A DNA stretch of 21,089 bases, taken from assembly GCA_039591655.1 (NCBI GenBank), contig JBDHDE010000049.1, forward strand, positions 1 through 21,089, given 5' to 3'. The notes beneath the pieces were generated by a model. That model was not told the origin of the DNA, searched no databases, and saw only the letters and a list, made by a program, of their open reading frames with translations. How positions within the stretch are numbered: position 1 is the first letter of the stretch; every line of letters starts with the position of its first letter. Made by a program: the position numbers and the translations under genes. Positions 14,128-21,089 of the stretch are shown one piece after another. The DNA comes from Gemmatimonadota bacterium (lineage in GTDB: Bacteria > Gemmatimonadota > Gemmatimonadetes > Gemmatimonadales > GWC2-71-9).

Positions 14128-16754
14128 GACTGCTCCTTCTCCCGCTCGCGCTCCACAACCTCCGTGGGCGCGCGGGTCACGAATTGCTGGTTGGCGAGTT
14201 TCGCGGCCACACCGGCGAGTTGTTTGTCCATGCGCTCGAGCTCGCCGCCGATACGCTCGCACTCCTGCCGCACGTCGATGGCGTCGCCCAGGGGCACGAA
14301 CACCGACGAGCCGTCGGGCAGCACGTTGTGGGCGCCGGCCTCCTCCGGGGGCTCGTCAGTGGAGAGCCGGGTCAGCTTGGCGAGGCGCTCGATGGTTCGT
14401 TGCTCGGCGTTGAACGCCTGGAGCGCTTCCGCATTGGCCGGGCGCACGAACGCCCGAATCGCGGTGCCCGGGGGCACACCGTAGTCCGCCCGGACGCCCC
14501 GCACCGCACCGACCAGCGCCTGCACCCGCGCGAACTGGTCCTCCGCCTCCGCGTCGCGGTACTCCTCGATGGGGGCCGGCCACGCGGCGCTCGCCAGGAG
14601 CGACTCCCGCTCCCCCGGGAGGTGCTGCCACAGCTCCTCGGTGATGAAGGGCATGATGGGGTGCAGCAGGCGCAGTGCCGTCTGGAAGACGTGCACCACG
14701 ATGCCCCGGGCCACCTTGCTCCCCGCGGAGGACCCGTACAGGCGGGGCTTGACCTGCTCGAGGTACCAGTCGGCGAACTCGTCCCATATGAAGTGATAGC
14801 CGAGGCTCGCCGCGTCGTTCAGCCGGAATCGCTCGAGCGCCTCCGTGGCCTCCGCCACCACGCGCTGCGCGCGCGACAGGATCCAGCGGTCCGCCAGCTC
14901 GAACTGGGCCGGGTCGAGGGCCGACGGGGGGGTGAAGTCGCCGTCCAGGTTGGCGAGTATCAGCCGACCCATGTTCCACAGCTTGTTCGCGAAGTTGCGG
15001 CCGGCGGCGAACGTCCCGTCCATCTCGTTGCGGTCCATGATGACGTCGGTGCCCGCCGCCGCCCCCGCAACCAGCGTGTAGCGCAGCGCGTCGGCCCCGA
15101 ATTGGCTCACCGCATCCAGCGGGTCGATCCCGTTGCCCAGCGACTTCGAGAACGCCCGGTGTTGTGGGTCGCGCACCACGCCGTTCAGATAGACGGTGGC
15201 GAAGGGCCGGTCGTGCAGGAAGTGGTATCCGGCCATCACCATCCGGGCTACCCAGAAGAAGATGATGTCGGGCGCCGTCACCAACGTGTTGCCCGGGTAG
15301 AACCTCGCCACGTCATCGGTCTCGTCGGGCCAGCCCATGGTGGCGAACGGCCACAGCCAGGAGGAGAACCACGTGTCCAGCACGTCCTCGTCCTGACGCA
15401 CCGGTCCGCCGCAGCGCTCGCACCGCTCGGGCGGGTCCAAGGCCACCGTGACGTGCTCGCAGCCGTCCGCTTCGCAGTACCAAGCAGGGATCTGATGACC
15501 CCACCACAGCTGCCGGGAGATGTTCCAGTCGCGGATCTCGGTGAGCCAGTTCTCGTAGACTTTGCCCCATCGCTCCGGCACGAAGGTGAGCTGTCCGGAG
15601 CGGTAGGCCTTCAGGGCCGGTTCCGCCAACGGCTTCATCTTCACGAACCACTGGTCGGAGAGCCGCGGCTCCACCACGGTGTGACAACGGTAGCAGTGCC
15701 GCACGGCGTGCTGATACGGCTCTACCTTCTCCAGGAGCCCCGTGGCCTCGAGCAACTCCATCGTCTTGTCCCGCGCCTCGTCGCGGTCCAGTCCCCGAAT
15801 GGGCTCCGGCACCCTAGGGTCGTCCACCATGCGGGCTTCGGCGTCGATCACGACCGGGGTGTCGAACTGGCCCTCCAGCTCACCCGCGATCTCGAAGTCG
15901 TGGGGGTCGTGGGCGGGCGTCACCTTGAGCATGCCGGTGCCGAACTCCCGCTCCACGTAGTCGCTGGTCTCGATGGGGATGGCGATGTCGGTGAGGGGGA
16001 GGATCACGCTCCTGCCCGCGAGATGCAGGAAGCGCTCATCCTCCGGATGATGCACGAGACAGATATCACCGTACATCGTCTCGGGCCGGGTGGTGGCGAC
16101 CGTCACTCCCTCGGATCCGTCGCCGTCCGCGAAGGGGTACCGGATGTAGTACAGGAAGTCGTCCCGCTCGCGGAACTCCGCCTCTTCGTCGGAGAGCGAG
16201 GTGTGGCACCGCGGGCACCAATGGATCACCCGGTAGCCGCGGTAGATCAGGCCCTCGTGGTACAGCCGAACGAAGACGTTGAGGACCGCCTTGGAGTAAC
16301 CCTCGTCCAGGGTGAATCGGGTGCGCGTCCAGTCGCACGAGCAGCCGAGTGCCTTGAGCTGCTCCAGAATGGTCCCGCCCGTATGGTGCACGTGCTCCCA
16401 CACCCGCTCCACGAACGCCTCGCGTCCCAGGTCGTGGCGGCTCTTGCCCTCCAGGGCGAGGGCGCGCTCGACCACGTTCTGCGTCGCGATCCCCGCATGG
16501 TCGGTCCCGGGTAGCCACAGCGCCTCCCGACCGCGCATCCGCTCGAACCGAATGAACACGTCCTGTAGCGTGTTGTTGAGGCCGTGCCCCATGTGGAGCA
16601 CCGACGTGACGTTCGGTGGGGGAATGACGATGACGTACGGATCCTGGCCCGAGTCGGTGGACGCGGCGAACGTGCCGGCGTCCAGCCACCGGCGGTACGT
16701 CTCCTTCTCGATCACGGACGGATCGTACTTCGAGGCGAGTTCCGTCTTCGTCAT
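14073..16754 (-). CDS. valS: Valine--tRNA ligase (893 aa)
   Basis: Motifs PPPNVTSVLHMGH (HIGH), PGTDHAGIATQ, ATTRPET, DWNISRQLWWGH, DVLDTWFSS, KMSKS-equivalent AFSKS, GRNFANKLWN and a C-terminal coiled coil. Confidence 0.98.
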   Translation of the reverse strand: MTKTELASKYDPSVIEKETYRRWLDAGTFAASTDSGQDPYVIVIPPPNVTSVLHMGHGLNNTLQDVFIRFERMRGREALWLPGTDHAGIATQNVVERALALEGKSRHDLGREAFVERVWEHVHHTGGTILEQLKALGCSCDWTRTRFTLDEGYSKAVLNVFVRLYHEGLIYRGYRVIHWCPRCHTSLSDEEAEFRERDDFLYYIRYPFADGDGSEGVTVATTRPETMYGDICLVHHPEDERFLHLAGRSVILPLTDIAIPIETSDYVEREFGTGMLKVTPAHDPHDFEIAGELEGQFDTPVVIDAEARMVDDPRVPEPIRGLDRDEARDKTMELLEATGLLEKVEPYQHAVRHCYRCHTVVEPRLSDQWFVKMKPLAEPALKAYRSGQLTFVPERWGKVYENWLTEIRDWNISRQLWWGHQIPAWYCEADGCEHVTVALDPPERCERCGGPVRQDEDVLDTWFSSWLWPFATMGWPDETDDVARFYPGNTLVTAPDIIFFWVARMVMAGYHFLHDRPFATVYLNGVVRDPQHRAFSKSLGNGIDPLDAVSQFGADALRYTLVAGAAAGTDVIMDRNEMDGTFAAGRNFANKLWNMGRLILANLDGDFTPPSALDPAQFELADRWILSRAQRVVAEATEALERFRLNDAASLGYHFIWDEFADWYLEQVKPRLYGSSAGSKVARGIVVHVFQTALRLLHPIMPFITEELWQHLPGERESLLASAAWPAPIEEYRDAEAEDQFARVQALVGAVRGVRADYGVPPGTAIRAFVRPANAEALQAFNAEQRTIERLAKLTRLSTDEPPEEAGAHNVLPDGSSVFVPLGDAIDVRQECERIGGELERMDKQLAGVAAKLANQQFVTRAPTEVVEREREKEQSWREQREALADKLRALGC

Positions 16755-16819
16755 GGACCCTTCAGGGATCGCTGGATGAAATCGCTAGGTCTGCCGGCGC
16801 GGGACCGTGGCGCGGGGTC

Positions 16820-17257
16820 TCAACCCGCGCCGGAGGGCGCCGGGTGCCGTGGCGGGACGTCGTCCCCCTCGACGAGGATCTGATTGACCACCACATCGGC
16901 TCCCGGAATGCCCTGGGCAACCTCCCAGGCATCCTGCCGCGCTCTCGGGCTCGGAGCCGTGCCGCTGAGCTCGACGACGCCGTCGCCCAGTGCCCGTACG
17001 TTGATCGGGAGGCCCGTAGTTGTCGGGTGGTCCGCCAACGCCGTCCTCACGGCCGCCTCCACCTCGCCTGGGTCGGAGGAGGCCGCTTCCTCGGACTCGG
17101 AGCGGCGCAGGCGGCGCACCGCGAGCCTGACCCGGTCCTGGCTGACGTCGCCGAGAAGTTCTCCCACCACCATGCCGGCGAGCACGCCCATGCCGAGCCC
17201 CGCCGCCGTGGAGAGGGCGACCCCCAGCCAATCGCTTTCCTGCCGTCTGACGCGAAT
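16820..17257 (-). CDS. Membrane-anchored BON-domain protein (start uncertain: ATT 17257, CTG 17260 or ATG 17191)
   Basis: The C-terminal part has a BON pattern (VRTALADHP...INVRALGDGVVELSGTAPS...AWEVAQGIPGADVVVNQILV). The N-terminal hydrophobic segment WLGVALSTAAGLGMGVLAGMVVG extends upstream of the first ATG. A GGGAGG SD lies at 17270-17265. Confidence 0.8.
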   Translation of the reverse strand: MRVRRQESDWLGVALSTAAGLGMGVLAGMVVGELLGDVSQDRVRLAVRRLRRSESEEAASSDPGEVEAAVRTALADHPTTTGLPINVRALGDGVVELSGTAPSPRARQDAWEVAQGIPGADVVVNQILVEGDDVPPRHPAPSGAG

Positions 17258-17260
17258 CAG

Positions 17261-17335
17261 TGTTCCTCCCGTGGCACCCGATAGCGGTCCTGGCTACAAT
17301 TATAAGCCCTAGGAATGCCATTGGTATACTGAAGC
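17261..17335. promoter_or_regulatory. AT-rich bidirectional promoter region
   Basis: A perfect TATAAT lies on the minus strand (17304-17299). An extended -10, TG-G-TATACT, lies on the plus strand (17322-17330). The region sits between divergent genes. Confidence 0.65.
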
Positions 17336-17494
17336 ATGGATGCCCAACGCCAGCTGGTGAGCCGGCGCGCGCTGGTCTTCACCGCCATCATGGTGGCGGT
17401 GCTGCTGCTTGGCGTGGCACTGTTCTTCCGATTCGTGGATCGCACCCAGCCTCTGCTGGAGACAACCGACACCACCGCCGTCGTCAATGAGTGA
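17336..17494 (+). CDS. Small single-pass membrane protein (52 aa), translationally coupled to thrS
   Basis: Translation: MDAQRQLVSRRALVFTAIMVAVLLLGVALFFRFVDRTQPLLETTDTTAVVNE*. It has a positive N-terminus, an approximately 20-residue TM helix and GC3-rich codons. Its stop overlaps the thrS start (ATGAGTGA). It is absent from the ORF track, whose shortest entry is 62 aa. Confidence 0.72.
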   Translation: MDAQRQLVSRRALVFTAIMVAVLLLGVALFFRFVDRTQPLLETTDTTAVVNE

Positions 17495-19430
17495 CCAGAT
17501 TCAGATAACCCTGCCCGACGGCTCCGTTCGTGCCGAGCCCGCCGGGACGACCGGGCGCGCCGTCGCCGAGGCCATCGGGCCCAGACTGGCGCGCGCCGCG
17601 GTAGCGGTACGGGTGAACGGCGAGATCTGGGATCTGGAGCGCCCCCTCACCCAAGACACCGTCCTCGAGATACTCACGGAGGGCGATCCGGCGGCGTTGG
17701 AGGTGCTGCGGCATACGGCGGCTCACATGCTGGCCACCGCCGTCCGGGAGCTGTTTCCGGAGGCGAAGATCGGGTTCGGCCCCGCGATCCAGGATGGCTT
17801 CTACTACGACTTCGAGGTGGAGCGCCCGTTCACCCCCGAGGATCTCGAGGCGATCGAGCAGAGAATGCACGAGGTGGCGAAGGCCGATCACGCTCTCGTG
17901 CGCGAGGAGGTCGAGCGGGACGACGCCATGGAGCGCTTCCGGGAGGATCCGCTGAAGCTGGAGCGTCTGGAGGAGTTGGGGGACGACGAGATCATCTCGG
18001 TCTACACCGACGGGCCCTTTGTGGATCTCTGCCGGGGGCCCCATGTGCCCAGCACGGGCCGCATCAAGCACTTCAAGCTGCTGCACGCGGCCGGTGCCTA
18101 TTGGCGCGGCGACTCCAGGCGGCAGATGCTGCAGCGCATCTACGGGACGGCCTGGTTCAAGAAGGCGGACCTGGAGGCCTACCTGCACCGCCTGGCGGAG
18201 GCCGAGCGGCGCGACCACCGCGTCATCGGCAAGCAGCTCGATCTCTTCAGCATCCAGGAAGACATCGGGCCGGGGATGATCCTGTGGCACCCCAGGGGGG
18301 CGCTCATCCAGCACGAGCTCCGGCGGTTCATCGAGGACGAGCTCCTGCGTCGCGGCTACGACCTGGTGTACACCCCGCACGTGACCCGGGAGAGCCTGTT
18401 CTACCGGTCCGGACACCTGCCGCACTATGAGGAGCAGCAGTTCCCGGTCATGGCGGCGGGCGAAGGGGAGTCCGACGACGTGCGCTATCGGGTGAAGCCG
18501 ATGAACTGCCCGATGCACACGTTGGTGTACGCCGCCCGGCAGCGCTCCTATCGCGACCTGCCGGTGCGGCTGTCCGAGGTCGCCAACGTTTACCGCAACG
18601 AGCTCTCGGGGACACTGCACGGGCTGCTGCGGGTCCGCATGCTGACCATGGACGACGCGCACGTCTTCTGCCGCGAGGACCAGATCGAGGACGAGATCTT
18701 CGACATGCTGGACCTCACCGACCTGGTGCTCAGCAAGACGTTCGGCTTCGAGTACCGGCTCGACCTGGCCACGCGCCCCGAGAAGAAGATCGGTGACGAC
18801 GCCTCCTGGGAGATCGCCGAGATCGCGCTGCGGGGAGCGTTGGAGCGGCGCAAACTCACCTACGGAGTGGACGTGGGCGGCGGAGCGTTCTACGGGCCGA
18901 AGATCGACGTCAAGCTGCGGGACGCCATTGGGCGAGAGTGGCAGGGGACCACCATCCAGCTGGACTACCAGCTTCCGGAGCGCTTCGAGCTGGAGTACAC
19001 CGGCGCCGACAACAAGCCGCACCGGCCGGTGATGATCCACCGGGCCATCCTCGGCACCCTCGAGCGCTTCGTGGGCTGCCTCATCGAGCACTTCGCTGGG
19101 GCCTTCCCAGTGTGGCTCTCGCCGGAGCAGGTCAGGGTGCTGCCCATCACGGAGGACCAGGCGGAGGCCGCCCAGGCCATCCACCGGCAGCTCCGAGCCG
19201 CCGGCATCCGGTCTTCGGTGGACGACCGCAACGACACGCTCAACTACCGCATCCGCGACGGCGAGGTCATGAAGGTGCCCTATCTCACCGTGGTGGGTCA
19301 GCGGGAGGTCGGCCAGGGCACGGTGGCGGTCCGGGCCCGGGGCGCGAAGCAGAAGCAGGAGGTCCTGCCGGTGGAGGAGTTCATCGGCCGCGTCCAGCAG
19401 AAGGTCCGAACCCGGGCGCTGGATCTCTAA
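17487..19430 (+). CDS. thrS: Threonine--tRNA ligase (647 aa)
   Basis: TGS domain (ITLPDGS), RHTAAHMLA, GFYYDF, DLCRGPHV, RDHR, KPMNCP, YRNELSG, DDAH, GAFYGPKID, TIQLD, IHRAILG and an anticodon-binding C-terminus. The start was reassigned to ATG 17487. Confidence 0.98.
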   Translation: MSDQIQITLPDGSVRAEPAGTTGRAVAEAIGPRLARAAVAVRVNGEIWDLERPLTQDTVLEILTEGDPAALEVLRHTAAHMLATAVRELFPEAKIGFGPAIQDGFYYDFEVERPFTPEDLEAIEQRMHEVAKADHALVREEVERDDAMERFREDPLKLERLEELGDDEIISVYTDGPFVDLCRGPHVPSTGRIKHFKLLHAAGAYWRGDSRRQMLQRIYGTAWFKKADLEAYLHRLAEAERRDHRVIGKQLDLFSIQEDIGPGMILWHPRGALIQHELRRFIEDELLRRGYDLVYTPHVTRESLFYRSGHLPHYEEQQFPVMAAGEGESDDVRYRVKPMNCPMHTLVYAARQRSYRDLPVRLSEVANVYRNELSGTLHGLLRVRMLTMDDAHVFCREDQIEDEIFDMLDLTDLVLSKTFGFEYRLDLATRPEKKIGDDASWEIAEIALRGALERRKLTYGVDVGGGAFYGPKIDVKLRDAIGREWQGTTIQLDYQLPERFELEYTGADNKPHRPVMIHRAILGTLERFVGCLIEHFAGAFPVWLSPEQVRVLPITEDQAEAAQAIHRQLRAAGIRSSVDDRNDTLNYRIRDGEVMKVPYLTVVGQREVGQGTVAVRARGAKQKQEVLPVEEFIGRVQQKVRTRALDL

Positions 19431-19569
19431 CCCCCGATTCACAGTCGGCAATCCACGCGGTTGAGTAGGCCCGTACGGCCCGTTAAACTCCAATCGGCTG
19501 TTTAGTTAGCTCTCAAGACGAATCCGTCGGAATACAGGGGTCGGTGGGACAGAGGGGAGGATTGCAGCG

Positions 19570-20766
19570 GTGTCTACGAAACAGACCACTCCGGTCATCG
19601 TCAGCGCGGTCAGGACCCCCGTCGGGAGGTACCTGGGCGGCCTGAGCCCGATGCCGGCCACCAAGCTCGGGGCCATTGCGGTGCGCGAGGCCATGAGCCG
19701 CGCCGGCGTGGAGCCCGGCGCGGTCGAGGAAGTCATCATGGGCATGGTCGTGCAGGGTGGGGCCGGGCAGGCGCCGGCCCGGCAGGCGGCCATCCACGGT
19801 GGCGTGCCGGACGAGGTGCCGGCACTGACGGTCAACAAGGTCTGCGGCTCGGGACTGAAGGCGGTCATGCTCGCCTCACAGGCGATCCGCGCGGGTGATG
19901 CCCAGTGCATCGTGGCCGGCGGCATGGAATCCATGTCGAATGCCCCGCATTACATCTACGGTATGCGCGGCGGCGTGAAGTACGGCAATCAGCAGCTCGT
20001 CGACGCGGTCCAATACGATGGGCTGTGGTGCTCGTTCGGCGACAACGTGATGGGCAGCTATGCCGAGTACACCGCCGAGAAGGCCGGCGTCTCGCGTGAG
20101 GAGCAGGACCAGTACGCGTTGGAGAGTCACCAGAAGGCGGTGGCGGCTCAGGAGAACGGCAAGTTCGCCGCCGAGATCGTCCCCGTCGAGATTCCCGGTC
20201 GCAAGGGCAAGGTGACCGTGGTCGAGGCGGACGAGGGTCCGCGCAAGGACACCTCGCTGGAGGCGCTGGGCAAGCTCAGGCCGGCCTTCCAGAAGGACGG
20301 CAGCGTCACCGCGGGGAACGCGCCGGGCCTGAACGACGCTGGCAGCGCCATCGTCGTCGCCTCCCAGGCGTTTGCCGAGGCGCACGGGCTGCCCGTCCTG
20401 GCGCGGGTCACCGGGTACGCCGCCGGCGGCGGGCCGCCGAAGGAGTTGTTCTTCGCCCCCATCGTCGCGGTGAAGAACCTGATGGATAAGACCAAGACGA
20501 ACATCGGGTCGTACGACCTGATCGAGGCCAACGAGGCGTTCGCCGTGCAGGCGCTCGCCGACGGCCGTGGTCTGGGCTGGGACTGGGACCGGGTCAACGT
20601 GAACGGCGGTGCCATTGCCCTGGGACACCCGATCGGGGCCAGCGGTGCGCGGATCTTCACCACGCTGCTGTACGCGATGAAGGACCGCGGCGCGAGCACC
20701 GGGCTCGCGACCCTGTGCCTCGGCGGTGGGAACGCTGTCGCCTTGAGCGTGGAGCTAGCTGAATGA
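19570..20766 (+). CDS. Acetyl-CoA C-acetyltransferase (thiolase II, AtoB/PhbA-like)
   Basis: Motifs SAVRTPVG, NKVCGSG (catalytic Cys), AGGMESMS, NEAFA, NVNGGAIALGHPIGASG and CLGGG. A GGGGAGG SD precedes the GTG. Confidence 0.96.
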   Translation: MSTKQTTPVIVSAVRTPVGRYLGGLSPMPATKLGAIAVREAMSRAGVEPGAVEEVIMGMVVQGGAGQAPARQAAIHGGVPDEVPALTVNKVCGSGLKAVMLASQAIRAGDAQCIVAGGMESMSNAPHYIYGMRGGVKYGNQQLVDAVQYDGLWCSFGDNVMGSYAEYTAEKAGVSREEQDQYALESHQKAVAAQENGKFAAEIVPVEIPGRKGKVTVVEADEGPRKDTSLEALGKLRPAFQKDGSVTAGNAPGLNDAGSAIVVASQAFAEAHGLPVLARVTGYAAGGGPPKELFFAPIVAVKNLMDKTKTNIGSYDLIEANEAFAVQALADGRGLGWDWDRVNVNGGAIALGHPIGASGARIFTTLLYAMKDRGASTGLATLCLGGGNAVALSVELAE

Positions 20767-21089
20767 GAGAGAGCCGGACGGCGCACCTGACCATGACCCC
20801 GACCGCCGTGGCGCGGCGGGCCTTGGCAATCCTGGCCGGAGCGCTCTTCGTGGCGCTGGCGGCCCAGGTGGCGATTCCGCTGCCGGGCACCCCGGTGCCG
20901 GTCACCTTGCAGGTCCCGGCGGTGCTCATCGTGGGCGGCCTCTTGGGGCCGCGCCTCGGGGCGGCGAGCATGGTGGTCTACCTCGCGCTGGGGGCGGCGG
21001 GCCTGCCGTTCTTTGCGCCCACCGGTGTCCCGGGCGCAGCCCGGCTGTTCGGGCCCACGGGCGGCTATCTGCTGGCGCATCCGCTGGCA
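20763..21089 (+). CDS. bioY: Biotin transporter BioY (ECF S-component), 3' end outside the window
   Basis: Absent from the ORF track. My translation from ATG 20763 (ATGA overlap with the thiolase stop) reads ...ALAAQVAIPLPGTPVPVTLQVPAVLIVGGLLGPRLGAASMVVYLALGAAGLPFFA...LFGPTGGYLLA. The PVPxTLQ, GLPxFA and GPTGGYL motifs are typical of BioY. Confidence 0.93.
   Translation, partial: MRESRTAHLTMTPTAVARRALAILAGALFVALAAQVAIPLPGTPVPVTLQVPAVLIVGGLLGPRLGAASMVVYLALGAAGLPFFAPTGVPGAARLFGPTGGYLLAHPLA

Noticed and set aside
14184..16514. 776-aa plus-strand ORF antisense to valS
   Set aside because: It is the codon-aligned shadow of a high-GC3 gene, in which TTA/CTA/TCA codons are rare so the antisense frame lacks stops. 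No recognisable domain.
16755..16819. Possible T-box or attenuator upstream of valS, including a short CCCGCGCC duplication
   Set aside because: The gap is only 65 bp with no T-box consensus. The repeat is expected by chance at this GC content.
17484..19493. 669-aa minus-strand ORF antisense to thrS (superficially evoking sense/antisense synthetase coding)
   Set aside because: Same GC3 shadow effect. No class I motifs or other domain features.
1..21089. Numerous other Arg/Pro/Ala-rich alternative-frame ORFs in the track
   Set aside because: They overlap well-supported genes and have the low-complexity composition typical of off-frame translation of GC-rich DNA.
1..21089. CRISPR arrays, IS elements, integrases, rRNA/tRNA genes, anti-phage defence genes
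   Set aside because: No regularly spaced repeats, transposase or integrase motifs or structural RNA signatures were seen, and intergenic gaps are all under 140 bp. The STAND-like ATPase has a DNA-binding SARP N-terminus rather than a nuclease or other toxic effector.

Overview
GC-rich bacterial chromosomal window (roughly 70% GC by eye). Gene content and style suggest Gemmatimonadota or a related FCB-group lineage; this is inferred, not proven. A long minus-strand run starts at a small bidirectional promoter near 17.3 kb. It comprises a BON-domain protein, valS, an Ig-like (Big_5-type) lipoprotein, selA, purN, purH and a DUF2723/TMEM260-like GT-C membrane glycosyltransferase. It ends in a signalling cluster: receptor-like Ser/Thr kinase, BTAD/SARP-AAA regulator, and a zinc-ribbon Ser/Thr kinase that runs off the left edge. 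The plus strand carries a 52-aa membrane microprotein coupled to thrS, then a thiolase and bioY (runs off the right edge). No tRNA, rRNA, CRISPR array or mobile element was seen. The most notable signal is a strong enrichment of D-[S/T]-x (Bacteroidota-type O-glycosylation) sequons in the exported lipoprotein and in the extracytoplasmic half of the adjacent kinase, flanking a TMEM260-like transferase. This suggests a protein O-glycosylation system. Other points of interest are a sensor-less STAND/SARP regulator coupled to a receptor kinase, several short upstream ORFs, a probable non-canonical start codon and a variant KMSKS motif in ValRS.
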